DNA from: Macrostomum lignano
Lineage: Eukaryota
DNA length: 64,000 nt
Assembly (NCBI GenBank): GCA_002269645.1
Contig: NIVC01000275.1
Coordinates: 248,001-312,000, forward strand
Reading direction: 5' to 3'
Position numbers and translations under genes: made by a program
Notes under the pieces: model-generated
Databases searched by the model: none
What the model was told of the DNA's origin: nothing
What the model saw: only the letters and a program-made list of their open reading frames with translations
Shown: in pieces, positions 47,166-63,412 of the stretch
Layout: each line of letters starts with the position of its first letter
Numbering within the stretch: position 1 is the first letter of the stretch

Positions 47166-49834
47166 GTTCCAGTTGGTTATCAGAAGTTCAGCTTCCAGAT
47201 GATAAAAAGCTGCAATGCAAGCTAGACACCGGAGCAGAGGTGAGCGTGTTGCCAGCAGATTATTTCCCAGTCGGTGAGCAGTTGCTAAAAACTCACACTG
47301 TGTTGACGGCTTTTGGAGGAGCTCGCATTCCTGTCGTTGGAAAGTGTCGTTTGAAGGTCAAGGTGCAGGGTCGGCCGTGCGAGATAGAGTTTATGGTTTC
47401 AGAGGTTCAACAAGCAATCATTGGTTTACCAGCGCTGAAGGATCTGGACCTAATTCGACGAGTTGAAAGCGTTAGACAGCCACCAGTGATTGACGAAAAG
47501 TTTGTGCTAGAGGAATTCAGTGACCTGTTTGACGACAAGCTTGGCTGTTTGCCTTACGTGCACTCGTTTACTCTCGATGAAAATGCTGTTCCTGTCGTCA
47601 ATGCTCCGAGAAAGATTCCCTTTGCGCTGCAAGGCAAGGTTCAGGAGGAGTTAAAGCGCATGGAGGCCCTCGGAGTCATCGTTAAAGTTTCTGAGCCAAC
47701 GGATTGGGTAAACTCTTTGGTTACTGTGCACAAGCCAGATGGCAGCCTGCGACTGTGTATCGATCCGACACATCTCAACAAAGCTATCAACAGTCGAGCA
47801 AGTTGTTGCGCGCATTCCAGGTGCCAAGTACTTCACCGTGCTGGATGCAAAGACTGGTTTTTGGCAGATAAGACTTGACGAAGAAAATACACAGCTCTGT
47901 ACTTTCAACACTCCGTGGGGCAGATACAAATTTGTTCGCCTGCCCCCAGGAACTATTGATGCACCGGAAGTCTACCAACGTGAGCTAAGCAAAATTTTCA
48001 GCAGCTGGGCTGAGGTAATTGTTGATGATATGCTTGTCTGGGGACGGACCCGCGAAGAGCACGATCAGAAGCTACTCAAGGTGCTCAGTGAGGCCCGTCA
48101 GTCGAATTTAAAGCTAAATCGCAAGAAATTGAAAGTTGGTGTTTCTTCAGTAAACTATGTTGGTCACGTGATCTCATTTGACGGTGTTCGTCCAGATCCT
48201 GCTAAAGTAAAAGCCATTCAAGAGCTTCCGGTTCCAGGTGATAAGCAGGCAGTGATGCGGCTGCTTGGCATGGCAACCTACCTGGGCAAGTTTATTCCGA
48301 ATGCGTCGGACATCACTGAACCTCTTCGTGCCCTGCTCAAGAAGGAGGTGCTTTTTGACTGGCAAGAGAAGCAGCAGCAAGCTTTTGAGAAGCTAAAAGA
48401 TGTTCTGTCGGACGCTCCTGTGCTAAGGTTGTTTGACGCCGATATGGAAGTTGAGCTTCAAGTTGACAGTTCATCGGTCGGAGTTGGTTGCGTTTTGCTG
48501 CAGAATGGACAGCCTGTGGCGTATGGATCGGCTGCGCTGACCAACACGCAAAAGAACTATGCTCAGATTGAGAAGGAGACTCTGGCCGTTGTTATTGCTT
48601 GCAAGAAATTTCATGACTACATCTATGGCCTTCCAGTAGTATGAGTGACTACAGACCACAAGCCCCTGGAGGTTATTTTTAAGCGTGACTTGCTGCATGT
48701 TCCGCCACGCATTGCTCGAATGCTGTACCAACTCAAAAGATATAATCTGCGTGTATCCTGGGCACCGGGATCCAAGATGCTGATTGCCGATACGCTTTCA
48801 AGAGCTTACCTTCCGGAGGCCGAGGCTGCTCTAGACGACGAAATTGAGGTGGAGGTGCATCAAATGAGCAAGAGCCTCCCGATTTCCGCCATTCGTTTGC
48901 AAGAAATCCGAGACGAGACCCGCAAAGATTCGGACTTAAGTTCTGTAGCCCGGTTTGTTCTGACGGGTTGGCCAAGCAACTTTCGGAACATTTGCCACTC
49001 TGTCCGTCCGTATTGGAGCTTCAAGGAGGACTTGACCTACAATGATGGCGTGCTGATGAAGTTGGACCGCGTTATTGTTCCAGCATCGTTGCGGCAGAAG
49101 ATTCTGCAAATTTTACACGAAGGTCATGCTGGCGCGGGCAAGACGGAGGCCCGAGCTCGTCAAATTCTGTACTGGCCAGGCATGTCAGCGGACATTAAGA
49201 ACTTCGTGAAGAACTGCAGCACTTGTCAAACTTTTCAGCCGGCCAACCCAAAGGAACCGCTGTTGAACCATCAGATTCCGAATGCACCATGGACCAAGGT
49301 TGGCCTGAAATTGCGCTAATGGAATATCGAGCTTCACCAATTAGCGGTACGAGCACCAGCCCCAGCGAGCTCATGTTCGGTCGGTTGATTCGTACGAAGC
49401 TGCCAGCAGGTGAGGAGGCGCTGCTCAAAGACAGAACAACCGTATTCTCTAAAGCCCCGCTGCAGGCTGCTCAAAAACGGCACTACGACCAGCAAGCCCG
49501 ACCGCTCTCAACACTGAATCAGGGAGATGCAGTTCGTTTTCGGCATGGTTTCAGATGGGAGCCAGCTGTTGTGACGCAAGCTGACCCGGAGCACCGCAAC
49601 TACCGACTGCTGACTCAAAGCGGCAGGGAGCTGATTCGCAATCGCCGGGACCTGCGACCAGTGCCGCCGCAGCAGTCCACTGCTGAAGCCGAAGACGTCC
49701 AGCGGGCGGCCCAGGCGGCTCCGGCTGGCGATGAGTTGGCGGCATCAGACCTTGCGGAGCCTGAAGAGCCACTGCGCCGCTCTGCCAGGGCCACAAAGGG
49801 CATTCCGCCTCTCCGCTACAGACATGACGTGTGA
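47166..49834 (+). pseudogene. pol: Disrupted pol (protease, RT, RNase H, integrase)
   Basis: Motifs KLDTGAEVS, YFTVLDAKTGFWQI, VIVDDMLV, YAQIEKE, TDHKPL and HEGH..C..C. There is a frameshifting deletion near 47790, an in-frame TGA at 48642, and the integrase DDE core is missing near 49305. Confidence 0.92.
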
Positions 49835-52800
49835 GTGATAGGGACAGTGACTTTTGTTTGTTTTCAAGGACTGTAACATGGATTTTCAATTAATCCGCTG
49901 ATTTTGTTGCTGAAAAAAAATATTCCAAATATTTTTATTCCTTATCTAAATCGAATTTCGTTGTTGATTTTTTTTGTCTAAAAATGTTGAAAAAATTAAT
50001 TTTTTTGCGTTTGTATTAATAGAAATATTTTTTTGAGTTCTCGGACATGCCTAATGCGCAAATAATGAAATGTTTTGGAAGCAATAATTCCTTCGAACAA
50101 TTGATTTTAATTCCTCTCGATTTTTGCTATTAGAAGAGAGATGTCAGTGATGCACTTGTAACTATAATTTATTGTACGCACATCTGCGCCCCAGTCGCCC
50201 CGTCCCCCAATCATGTACGTTGCTATCAATTGCTCAGCCCCCCTTGCCCCTCTATATAATATGCTTTTTGGCACTCTTGAATAATACATGTATCTCTCGG
50301 TTGCGCATTCATTACAATAATTAAAAACTTAAAAGTACAAAATTTTAAAAGGAGATTATTACCTTTGCCAATGCTTCCATCTTCAAGTAGCTAAAATTTA
50401 TTCTAGTAAAAATATTTTTTAGTATATAAGACTATTTATTTATGCAAACTTTGTTAATAAGTGTTATACTACTAGATATCAAAATAGAAATTGTAATAAA
50501 AATAAAGGTTTTCATAATCAAAAAATGATTAAAGATAATTGTATAATATAACCAAGTTCAAACATGATGAATTATTTTTATTTTAGAGACCGAAAAATGA
50601 TTTGAGTGCCTAATCTGAATATAATATTGTATTTAATAAGCAAGTTTATATGTAGAAATAAATAGCGGCTATTTATCAATATTTCAATTAGAAACAAAAT
50701 GGTATAATAGCCTCTTATCCTATGTCCTACTAGTTGATACTAGACATTAGTAGTAGAATCCAAAGGAATGGGGAAGGGGATCTCTCGGAGCCATATTGCA
50801 GATTTTGCCTATTTTATGCTAGAATAAAAAAGCAGCTGCTTTAGAACTATACAATGGGAATGTTTAATGCTAAAATAATGTATTGTAAATATATTTATCC
50901 CTATTTAGAACAATTATAATACCATTGGCATTATAATTGACAAAATATATTACTAGCTATTTGTTAAAAGTGGGCCATTATACTAGTTTTGCACCCTTGC
51001 AAGCCTATGTAGCTTGTAGGCTCTGACTGCCTTTGTTTAGTCATTTGCCTTCTCTCTGCCATAGTTCTAGCCACGCCACTTCTACTACTTAATCTAATTA
51101 TTCTATTGTTGCATAGCCGCCAGTGCATTATTAATTAAAGTATAAGACATTACAATAAACCAAATCTGCAGCCAACGTTAGTAATAATTCTGAACAATTT
51201 ACTGCCAAGTGCTACTGCTACAATTCCACCTACCTCTACCACATTTATTTGTCTTCTTTTGCTCTCGAGGCCACCATGCCAATATCGTCACACTATATAC
51301 TATTACCAATTCTATTAATGTCTATGCCCAAAAAGATTTACAAAGACTTCTATATACCATAATTTTTAGTATACATAGGGGCCTACTAATTTTTGCAAAA
51401 TGGCCTCTAAGGGACATCTCAGCTGGGACAAAAAGTCATTGCCTTTTTTACTTTCTTTTGGAGATTTTTTACTTGTGATAACAGTTTTTGATTAGAATAG
51501 TATATTTAGATATAGTTATAGGTTTACCTTTTCACAAATTTTATGCATTTGCACCAGAATACTAGCTTGTTTTGTATAAGGCATCCTTTAATAGTGAAAC
51601 CGCATAGGCCCTAGTCTAATCAATTCACTAAAAGTAAATGTATTTCAAGCTGCATCTGTTCCACATGTCCACCTTGATAGCAAAAGCAAGGTAAAGGCTA
51701 ACAGTAGAGTGGCTGCTTTAAATCTTCAATAGTTTTGCTTAAAGGACCTATAATGTAATTTTATTATTTGAGGACCCTAGAACAAAACTGCAAATTTAGA
51801 TTGTCTGCTAAAAACTAAAATGAAAGAATGCCTAAATTTGAGGGACTACTACAGTGCAAGTGTAAAGCGCAACAGTTAAAAAAGGTAGAAAAATTTTTTC
51901 TTTAGTAGAAAATTTCCAACTTTTAAAAGAAGTTTAGACAACTTGATAATTTATCAGAATATATGATTGCCTAAATGCCTTTAACTAACTTTGAATCCAA
52001 TAAAGACTGGGAAAGTCTATTTCATAATTAGAAAAAATAATCCGAATGGACTACTACGAGCTATGTTTCATGGAAAAGTTTCAGTTTAAATATTGACGTG
52101 TATTATCGATTAAACGTCGATTGTTGTACGAGTAACCCTGTTTCAATGAAAAGGCGTAGTTTTTTTATACATAAACATAATTAAATAAAAATATGTAAAA
52201 TTATTTTATTATTACCAACATATCTCTAAGACCTTGGTTATCAAAAATGCCGTGAAAAGTGCTGAGCAAGTTACTCGCTACAAATAAACTTAAAAGAGTT
52301 CCTTGTTGTATCAGAGACAGTGGTTTTTTATTTATTCTCCCGCCCCTTTGTTAGCATTTCCAAAATTGCTACAAAAATGTTGATTGATATTTTTCGTAAA
52401 ACCAGTAAATTACGCTTGTATACACTTTTAGTGGGAAAACTGAAGAAGGAAAGGAACTAAGTTTGGGATTATTTTTCCAGTCGATATTTACGACGATTCT
52501 ACCCTTTTGTGACGAAGCGAGCAGTAGTCGTAGTGGGTTTTTTACGTAGTTTTAGCTGAGAATGTATAATTTATTTTTATTTAATTGAGAGGATCGCTTT
52601 ACAGACGAAGCAGTGGACTTCTGTAGCGGTCAAACACAGTAGTATGATGAAGGGCCTTCAGTCTAGCGCGTAATAGATGGAGTTTGATTGGTCCACAAGA
52701 CAATGCTAGAGCCCGCGAATGACAGACGGTAAAAAGAGACACAATAATGACTTTCAAAATAATTCATTTTGAGATACGATTAAAACAAACTTAAGTATCG

Positions 52801-53529
52801 ATTACATTAGATATTAATATATCAGGTTAGTAAATCAAAATTACATTAAAAATCACAAATTTTATGCTTGGAAAATCCATAAAGTATTTAAACGAATTTG
52901 ACACCGTCACACTTTCATCTGTTTAATTGAATTAAAACTGACGTAAAATAGGGGTCGGGGACAGTGTTAAGCACCTAGCTTTTGAAATTATGAAAGTTTT
53001 ATATTTAAATTAGCAAATTAAAATGCATACCATGAAACCTCAGGGTATCAGTCACCCCGACACGGATATTTCTTAAAGCATCTTATCCAACAGCCAACAC
53101 TGTTTTGTTACTTATTTTTGTGTCCTTTCAAGCTGAGAGCTTCAGTCATTGGCTAAGAAAAGCGGGCCTTATCATGCAAAGGACCGAAAGCAATTCAGCT
53201 GCTTGGTTAATGGTTTAGAAGCCTTTGGATTAAATATTGCAGCACATCGCAAAACAAATCTCTTTCCTCGGAGCACTCCAGCCATCTGAGCTGCGATCCG
53301 TAAACAATGTTCTTACTAATTTGCTTGTTCCTTGATTCAACTCGTGGCCGTAGCAATTCACAATGCAGTAAAGGAAAAGAAGATTGAAGACAGCCCCAAG
53401 CGACCGGGTAAAACACACCCCAGCTTTCAACCCGGTATATAAAACTGGACTGTGCTTTCTGCTCAATGAAAGCTGCAGAGAAGAGAAACAATAAAATCCA
53501 CTTTACTGCAGTCTCAGCTGCACGGGGAG

Positions 53530-55999
<2,470 letters not shown>

Positions 56000-56255
56000 A
56001 AGACTGAAAAAAAGTTTTTCAACTTAAAGACGTTAAAATTTTTTCTTTTTTGTAGATCAATTATTGCTGTCACGGTACTCTGATGCCCTCAATCAAATAT
56101 ATGAGTTACTTCGAATCTGTTGATTACATTTTGATTCTGTATCAAAAGAAGAGAAGAAAGAAAGACCCTTTGTCTGTCTCTCTATTCTGTTTCTAGTCTG
56201 TCTACTTGCCTCCCGCTTAGTGTCTGCTTATCAGTGTCCCTACATGTATTGAGTG

Positions 56256-56572
<317 letters not shown>

Positions 56573-57095
56573 GTCCGATCTCCATGTTCTCATCAGATCG
56601 CGAGCCCTCAGACGGGAGTCAGTCGTTAAGCTGGGAAGCCACTCGGTCATGCGGATGCGCCAACTCAATACTCAAACCGAAGCCCCGGATCCTACGGCCT
56701 GTTTATTCAACAAAAAGTTCCAATAAAAACCCTGTCGCGGCCTGCGCCACCCCTGCCCCCGCTACGCCTCTCTGCCCCCGCGCTCTTTGGTGGTGGTGGT
56801 GGTGGGGGGTATTCGAAATGTACGCGATAGAACGTACGCCAAAATGGGCCATAAGAAGACTTGTATCGCTGCTATCGCTCGGCACGCGCCCGCCTTATAA
56901 ACATTACCTTAATGAAACTAGAGAGAGAGAGAGACCCCGGGAGGCAGCGCTCGCACAGAAACAAGGAAGGCTTTGAAAAAATAATATCGAGCCGAGGCCT
57001 GTTTGTTCCATCCTATACCCCCTGAGCCAGTCAGCCCCCGGCTCAACAGGTTTGCTCATTGACCTCTGACGCACCCTTTGCTAAGAGGAACAAGC

Positions 57096-60000
57096 ATGGC
57101 AGCAACACTGCTTCCGCTGCTGCTGCTGTTGCTGCTGCTGCTGCTACTACTTTCGGTTGCCAAGGCCAGTCAAGGTAAAACTCACCAAACTGTGTACGGA
57201 CAGATGGACTGCTGGAGACCGGTTTTCGACTCAAAATGCATTGCCGCCTGTTTGAAACTTAAAAAGTATCAAGCCCTCTCAACCCTAACTGCTGAGATTT
57301 TAAGGCTCATGGGGGAATTGCTGTGGCTCATCGGGGAATTGCTGTGGCTCATCGGGGAATTGCTGTGGCTCACGGGGGGGAAGCGCTATGGCTCCTTGGG
57401 TAATTGCTGTGGCTCATCGGGGAATTGCTGTGGCTCATTGGGAATTGCTGTGGCTCCTTGGGTAATTGCTGTGGCTCATCGGGGAATTGCTGTGGCTCAC
57501 GGGGGGAATTGCTGTGGCTCCTTGGGGAATTGCTGTGGCTCATCGGGGAATTGCTGTGGCTCACGGGGGGAATTGCTGTGGCTCCTTGGGGAATTGCTGT
57601 GGCTCATCGGGGAATTGCTGTGGCTCACGGGGGGATTGTTTTGGCTCCTTGGGGAATTGCTGTGGCTCATCGGGGAATTGCTGTGGCTCCTTGGGGAATT
57701 GCTGTGGCTCATTGGGGAATTGCTGTGGCTCCTTGGGGAATTGCTGTGGCTCCTTGGGGAATTGCTGTGGCTCATCGGGGAATTGCTGTGGCTCCTTGGG
57801 TAATTGCTGTGGCTCCTTGGGTAATTGTTGTGGCTCATGGGGGAATTGCTGTGGCTCCTTGGGTAATTGCTGTGGCTCCTTGGGTAATTGTTGTGGCTCA
57901 TGGGGGAATTGCTGTGGCTCATGAGGGAATTGCTGTGGCTCTGTGGCTCATGGGGGGATTGCTTTGGCTCACGGGGGGAATTGCTGTGGCTTACGGGGGA
58001 ATTGCTTTGGCTCACGGGGGGAATTGCTGTGGCTCACGGGGGATTGCTGTGGCTCATGGGGAATTTCTGAAATGCTGTGGCTCATGAGGGAATTGCTGAA
58101 ATGCTGTGGCTCATGAGGGAATTGCTGAAATGCTGTGGCTTATAGGGAGTTGCTCAGATGCTTTGATGCCAAAGCTCTCAGGGGTGCTGATATCTTAGAC
58201 TAGACAGCTGGCTTTCAGGGCTGATGCTTTTATGCTTTTTAAACTTCATTTTCCTTAAGAGGTAAACAATAGTGACTGCAACAATTGCCACTCCCAGGCT
58301 CGGCTCCCAGCCCCTACGCCTACGCATGCGACGCCACGGCGGAGCTGCTGGTCATCGTCCAGGCTGGCAACCGCAGCTCCAATTCGACCGACTACCTGGC
58401 CTGCCTGGACACTGATCAGTCTATCGGCGGCGCTGACCCCAGGATGACGCTGGCAAGCGACTCGAAGGTCTGCCGCTATTGTCTGGGATATTTTTTGCTG
58501 GGTGTACTTTTCTGAGTGTACATATCCTGATGTACTTGTCTTAGGGTACACACATTGATGTACTTTTCTAAGTGCAGAGGGTTGTAGCGACGCTTTAGTG
58601 GTTAGAGCGTCGGACTCACGGTTTGAAGGTCGGGGGTTCGATTCCCGATCCCACTCGGAACAATTTGTGTCCTTGAGCTTCAGTTCACCCAGCTGTAAAA
58701 TGGGTGCCAGCATTAGCTGGGGTAACTGAGGGTGTGTGGTGACCCCCCAGTCCTTGGACTGAACAGCCGTACGCAGCCTTCAGATGCGCCGCGCAATAGC
58801 TGCGGCTGAGCTGTCGGTTGCATATCTGGCCATTAGGGCAGGTGTAATCAATTAAAATAAAATAAATTTTAAAAGTGTACACATTCTAATTTACTCTTAC
58901 TCTTTGAGTGTGTATGTGTATGATGTGTATGATGTGCATCGTGGTGCATGCTTCCATGCGTACATCGGGGCATACTGTGTATATAGTTGTGTACAATCCA
59001 ATACATATGTACAAATGCTGTAATTGGATAATTAGCTTCAAATATTGCACACTGTCCAACTAATTGCAGTCGCGGGTTGACGGCCTGCCGTCTCACCTGC
59101 TCGTAAAGTTCAAGATACCGCCGAAGGGCTTGATGTGCCGATACGAGTACAAGTGGAAGGTACGGCTCTGCGCACTCCAGGTTTCACTAAGTGAACTTGG
59201 CTTGGAAATATCTGGATATTTCATAATCTTGTTTTTCTTTCATCCATCTTAGATCGAAGAAATTTTGTACAGAAGCTCAACTAAACAGCCGAAGTGCTCA
59301 GATCTGATTCCGTTCAATGAATGTCGAGTAAAAAGTGAGTCTTTACTTACCCCTTCCCCGAAGTACCCATACCGCGAAATACATCTTTCCCCGAAATACC
59401 CCTTCCCCGAAATACCCCTTCCCCAAAATACCCCTTCCCCGAAATACCCCTTTCCTGAAATACCCCTTCCCCGAAATACCCCTTGCCCGAAATACATCTT
59501 TCCCCGAAATACCCCTTCCCCTAAAATACCCCTTCCCAGAGATAACCCTTCCCCGAAATACCCTTCCCCGAAATACCCCTTCCCCGAAATACCCCTTCCT
59601 CAAAATACCCCTTGCCCAAACTACCCCTTCCCCAGAATACCCCTTGCCCGAAATACCCCATCCCCGAAATACCCCATCCCCGAAATACCCCATCCCCGAA
59701 ATACCCCATCCCCGAAATACCCCATCCCCGAAATACCCCATCCCCGAAATACCCCATCCCCGAAATACCCCATCCCCGAAATACCCATCCCCGAAATACC
59801 CCATCCCTGAAATACCCCATCCCCGAAATACCCCATCCCCGAAATACCCCATCCCCGAAATACCCCATCCCCGAAATACCCCATCCCCGAAATACCCCAT
59901 CCCCGAAATACCCCATCCCCGAAATACCCCATCCCCGAAATACCCCATCCCCGAAATACCCCTTGCCCGAAATACCCCATCCCCGAAATACCTTTCAACA

Positions 60001-60455
60001 AAGCCAGTTGCGCTTCCCCAGTCGGCCGGAGCCGGCAGTGCCCGCACTACCCAATCAGCAGCGAGCCGGTGAGGTGCAGCTCCGTGCCGGACCAGTTCGA
60101 GTTCCTGCCCGCCGGCTGTCGGGATGCCGCCGCGACCTCGACGGCGAAGTCGCCTCCCGCCGAGCTCCCAACCGGTGCAACAGTCGGGATCGGCACGGCG
60201 CTGTTCATCGCAGTCTTGCTGTCGGCCGGGGCGGCCCTGATCTGGGCGATCAAATCCTGCGGGAGCTCATCAGCTGAGCAGCCAGGACACGCCCGAGTGG
60301 TGTACTCAGCGTTCGCCATACTGGACAATCCTCAGCAGGTGCGGCAGTTTTTGAGACACCGTCTGGCGGCCAGTGGCGACCATTTTAACTATCGCCGCGA
60401 TCCGCGACTCTTGATGGCCAACCCTGACACCGGGGAGCTCGTTGACAATTCTTAG
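57096..60455 (+). CDS. Unrecognised type I membrane protein, paralog Y; exons 57096-57174, 58298-58467, 59070-59159, 59253-59334, 60022-60455 (284 aa)
   Basis: Leu-rich signal peptide. GT..AG introns have phases 1,0,0,1 (the exon 2 donor GTCTGC is weak). There are 8 ectodomain Cys and a TM segment VGIGTALFIAVLLSAGAALIWAI. The C-terminal LLMANPDTGELV matches LQMDPDTCERV in paralog X. Confidence 0.78.
57305..58150. repeat. ~20-21-bp array GGGGAATTGCTGTGGCTC(AT/AC/CTT) in intron 1 of paralog Y
   Basis: Directly visible. Confidence 0.95.
58579..58800 (+). mobile_element. tRNA-derived SINE with A/B boxes
   Basis: A-box-like TAGTGGTTAGAG and B box GGTTCGATTCC, followed by TGTGTCCTTGAGC...TTCACCCAGCTGTAAAATGGGTGCC. 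A second copy lies at 19854-20090. Confidence 0.82.
59349..59990. repeat. 16-bp array CCCCATCCCCGAAATA filling intron 4 of paralog Y
   Basis: Directly visible. Confidence 0.95.
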
Positions 60456-60589
60456 CATGCTACTGATGCATAGTAGCAAATGTTGTGCGTCTTTTTGCGA
60501 CAAAAATATGATTTCCAGTGTAAATCCAGTCAGGTTGCAGCAATTAAAATTTTTTTTGAAAGTTCCCATTGTAAGAGTTACGGTTCTGT

Positions 60590-60800
60590 TGGGAAGGGGT
60601 CCATCGGGAAGGGTTTCATTGGGAAGGGTTTCATTGGGAAGGGTTTCATTGGGAAGGGTTTCATTGGGAAGGGTTTCATTGGGAAGGGTTTCATTGGGAA
60701 AGGTTTCATTGGGAAGGGTTTCATTGGGAAGGGTTTCATTGGGAAGGGTTTCATTGGGAAGGGTTCCATTGGGAAGTGTTTCATTGGGAAGGGTTTCATT
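60590..60800. repeat. 15-bp array GGGAAGGGTTTCATT
   Basis: Directly visible. Confidence 0.95.
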
Positions 60801-61399
60801 AGAAAGCATTGGGGAAGGGCTCCATAAGGAATTAGTGATCGAATGTTGTTATATTTGCGTCCAAGTGGCTTGTACAGTTTTCTGTTTCAAATGATTTTAG
60901 TATTAATGGCATGATACTTTTACAATGCGTTGTAAATACAGTTGAAATACATGCGCATTGCACATGTAGAGCTGGATTGACAGCTAGCTAAATGCAAAAA
61001 CTTTCAGTCATGACCTGAGGCGCTTTCTGTTTTATTCAATCAAACTTATCTATTCCGCCCAATTGCAGTAGTAGGCAGGTGGTTTGCTAGACAATTCCGA
61101 AGTTGATTGCGAAAAAGTTATATTTCCAACAAGTTGAGTGGGCTTCTGAGTGTTGCGCAATCGCTAGGCGAGATGTGAGTGGTGCGAGATGATATGTACA
61201 GATTCAATGTGCAAGTTTATTACTGAACCCACCAGACAAGCTAATTTATTTAAGTAAATATTTTTTAGTTAGAAAAGAATAGCTGAAAAGAACTGAAGCC
61301 TGAATCGGACTCAGTGAGCTGAGAAGTCACGACGATGCTTGCAACTAATGACAGCCTGTGTAAGTTTTTGTAAGTGAGCGATTCTGTGTGGGACTGAAC

Positions 61400-62170
61400 A
61401 TGCCAGACACAAGAGTGCTGGACCAACATGACAGACACAAGAGTGCTGGACCACCATGACAGACACAAGAGTGCTGGACCACCATGGCAGACACAAGAGT
61501 GCTGGACCACCATGACAGACACAAGAGTGCTGGACTACCATGACAGACACAAGAGTGCTGGACCACCATGACAGACACAAGAGTGCTGGACCACCATGAC
61601 AGACACAAGAGAAGAGTGCTGGACCACCATGGCAGACACAAGAGTGCTGGACCACCATGACAGACACAAGAGTGCTGGACCACCATGGCAGACACAAGAG
61701 TGCTGGACTACCATGACAGACACAAGAGTGCTGGACCACCATGACAGACACAAGAGTGCTGGACTACCATGACAGACACAAGAGTGCTGGACCACCATGA
61801 CAGACACAAGAGAAGAGTGCTGGACCACCATGGCAGACACAAGAGTGCTGGACTACCATGACAGACACAAGAGTGCTGGACCACCATGACAGACACAAGA
61901 GTGCTGGACCACCATGACAGACACAAGAGTGCTGGACCACCATGGCAGACACAAGAGTGCTGGACTACCATGACAGACACAAGAGTGCTGGACCACCATG
62001 ACAGACACAAGAGTGCTGGACTACCATGACAGACACAAGAGTGCTGGACCACCATGACAGACACAAGAGTGCTGGACCACCATGACAGACACAAGAGTGC
62101 TGGACTACCATGACAGACACAAGAGTGCTGGACCAACATGACAGACACAAGAGTGCTCGACCACCATGGC
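61400..62170. repeat. 28-bp array GACACAAGAGTGCTGGACCACCATGACA
   Basis: Directly visible. Confidence 0.96.
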
Positions 62171-62354
62171 AAGCAATACTCCAGATGTAGAGTCGCACGC
62201 ACTACTGAGACCCCGAGTCACAGAATCAGTTGCAGCATAAACGTATTGAGAATGCTGAAGGTAAAACGTGTAGATCGCCAAGATCCACAGTAGGCCCTAC
62301 TAACAGTAGCAAATGCCGCATTCCTACGTGGTTATTCGTCACTCCCGCTGCCAG

Positions 62355-62814
62355 ACGCATCTCGGCAGCAGCTCAGGGCGATTGAATCTGCCAAGAATTA
62401 CGAGGCAGCCCTCACCTGGATGTGCTGCGTGTCCACCCTGATGCTCGCGCTGGGAATTGCGACTCTCAAGCATTTGAGGTGAGCACCACTCATGCAGTGC
62501 AGCTCTTGTCTGCTGCTATTGTAGTGTCTGTTTTCGAGGTCCAGTGCAGAATGTTTCAACAGTATCGAAGCGTATCGACTGCAACCCCCCTTAGCTGGCA
62601 GCGTTTCCGGCAACCCGGCGCCCAGAGCGGGGCTTTGCCTGATCGAAAAAGCGATCACAGAAAAAGCGCTCAAGCAACTCTGCAGTAATTCTTCCCCCGC
62701 TCCTCTCTGATTTCCAGATCTCGCAGACAATTGCAAAGCCAGAAACGGGAGCTGAGTGAGTTCAAGGCGCGTCTCTTTTGCTGCCTGCTTGCTTTTTTGA
62801 TCGGAAAAATGTGA
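62355..62814 (+). CDS. Candidate last two exons (62355-62478, 62718-62814) of a small membrane protein; 5' end unresolved
   Basis: CCAG|AC...AG|GTGAGC and TTTCCAG|A...TGA join in phase to give ...EAALTWMCCVSTLMLALGIATLKHLRSRRQLQSQKRELSEFKARLFCCLLAFLIGKM*. Confidence 0.4.
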
Positions 62815-63376
62815 TATTCCTTGGGCTCAAAGAGTTTGGTTTCTAGCGAGAATTTCACGCTTTGTCAGCAGCTGTTCAGGTCAATCGACAAAAAAGGCAA
62901 GAATTTGAGCACCTCCATTTTCACTGCCTCAGTCCCAGCCAGAACTTTACCCTGCATGGCGCTTCTTAGTGTAGCTCGCATGCTCTGCAGCTGCGTCTTT
63001 TGTTTTGCTGCAAGCAGCCTGGCTTCAGCAGTGCAGCAGAGATGCTGGAAGCGCGAGAGACAAAGGAGCGCCGGCAACAATGGAGCAGATACAGTAGAGC
63101 ATGAGTAACAGCCTGAGCCGCTGCTCATCATTGGGACCAGTCTAGACCAATACCTAAGCTGCAACGCCATCTCCCAGACTCCCAGCTGCATCGCCTGCGC
63201 CTCTCTATCCCTCACTGCTCAGTCTCCCCTCGCCCCACCCCGCTGCCCACCAGCCAGAAAGGCTGCTGCCATTGAATGCCCCCATTAAAAAGGAGGAGAG
63301 CGGGACAGAGAGTAGGGATTGAGAACTGGTGGAGCACCCCCCCCCCACCCATCTGGAGGTGAGCGCATTCCATCTC

Positions 63377-63412
<36 letters not shown>

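Larger units (their letters stand above)
45697..50316 (+). mobile_element. Ty3/Gypsy LTR retrotransposon, full length but defective; 175-bp LTRs 45697-45871 and 50142-50316; TSD ATAAT
   Basis: TG...CA LTRs with 5 mismatches. TSD at 45692-45696 and 50317-50321. PBS-like TGGCGTCGC at 45872 and PPT AGAAGAGAGA before the 3' LTR. Domain order is gag-PR-RT-RH-IN. Confidence 0.96.

Noticed and set aside
50320-53200. AT-rich region with short degenerate coding-like patches (~52050-52750)
   Set aside because: Multiple stops and no motif I could assign; possibly an old transposon relic but not supportable by eye.
58579-58655. Possible tRNA gene
   Set aside because: I could not fold a complete cloverleaf, and it continues into a body shared with another dispersed copy, so it is a SINE head.
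59335-60072. Pro-rich extensin-like ORFs
   Set aside because: They are the intronic 16-bp array of paralog Y; the period is not a multiple of 3 and all frames are open.
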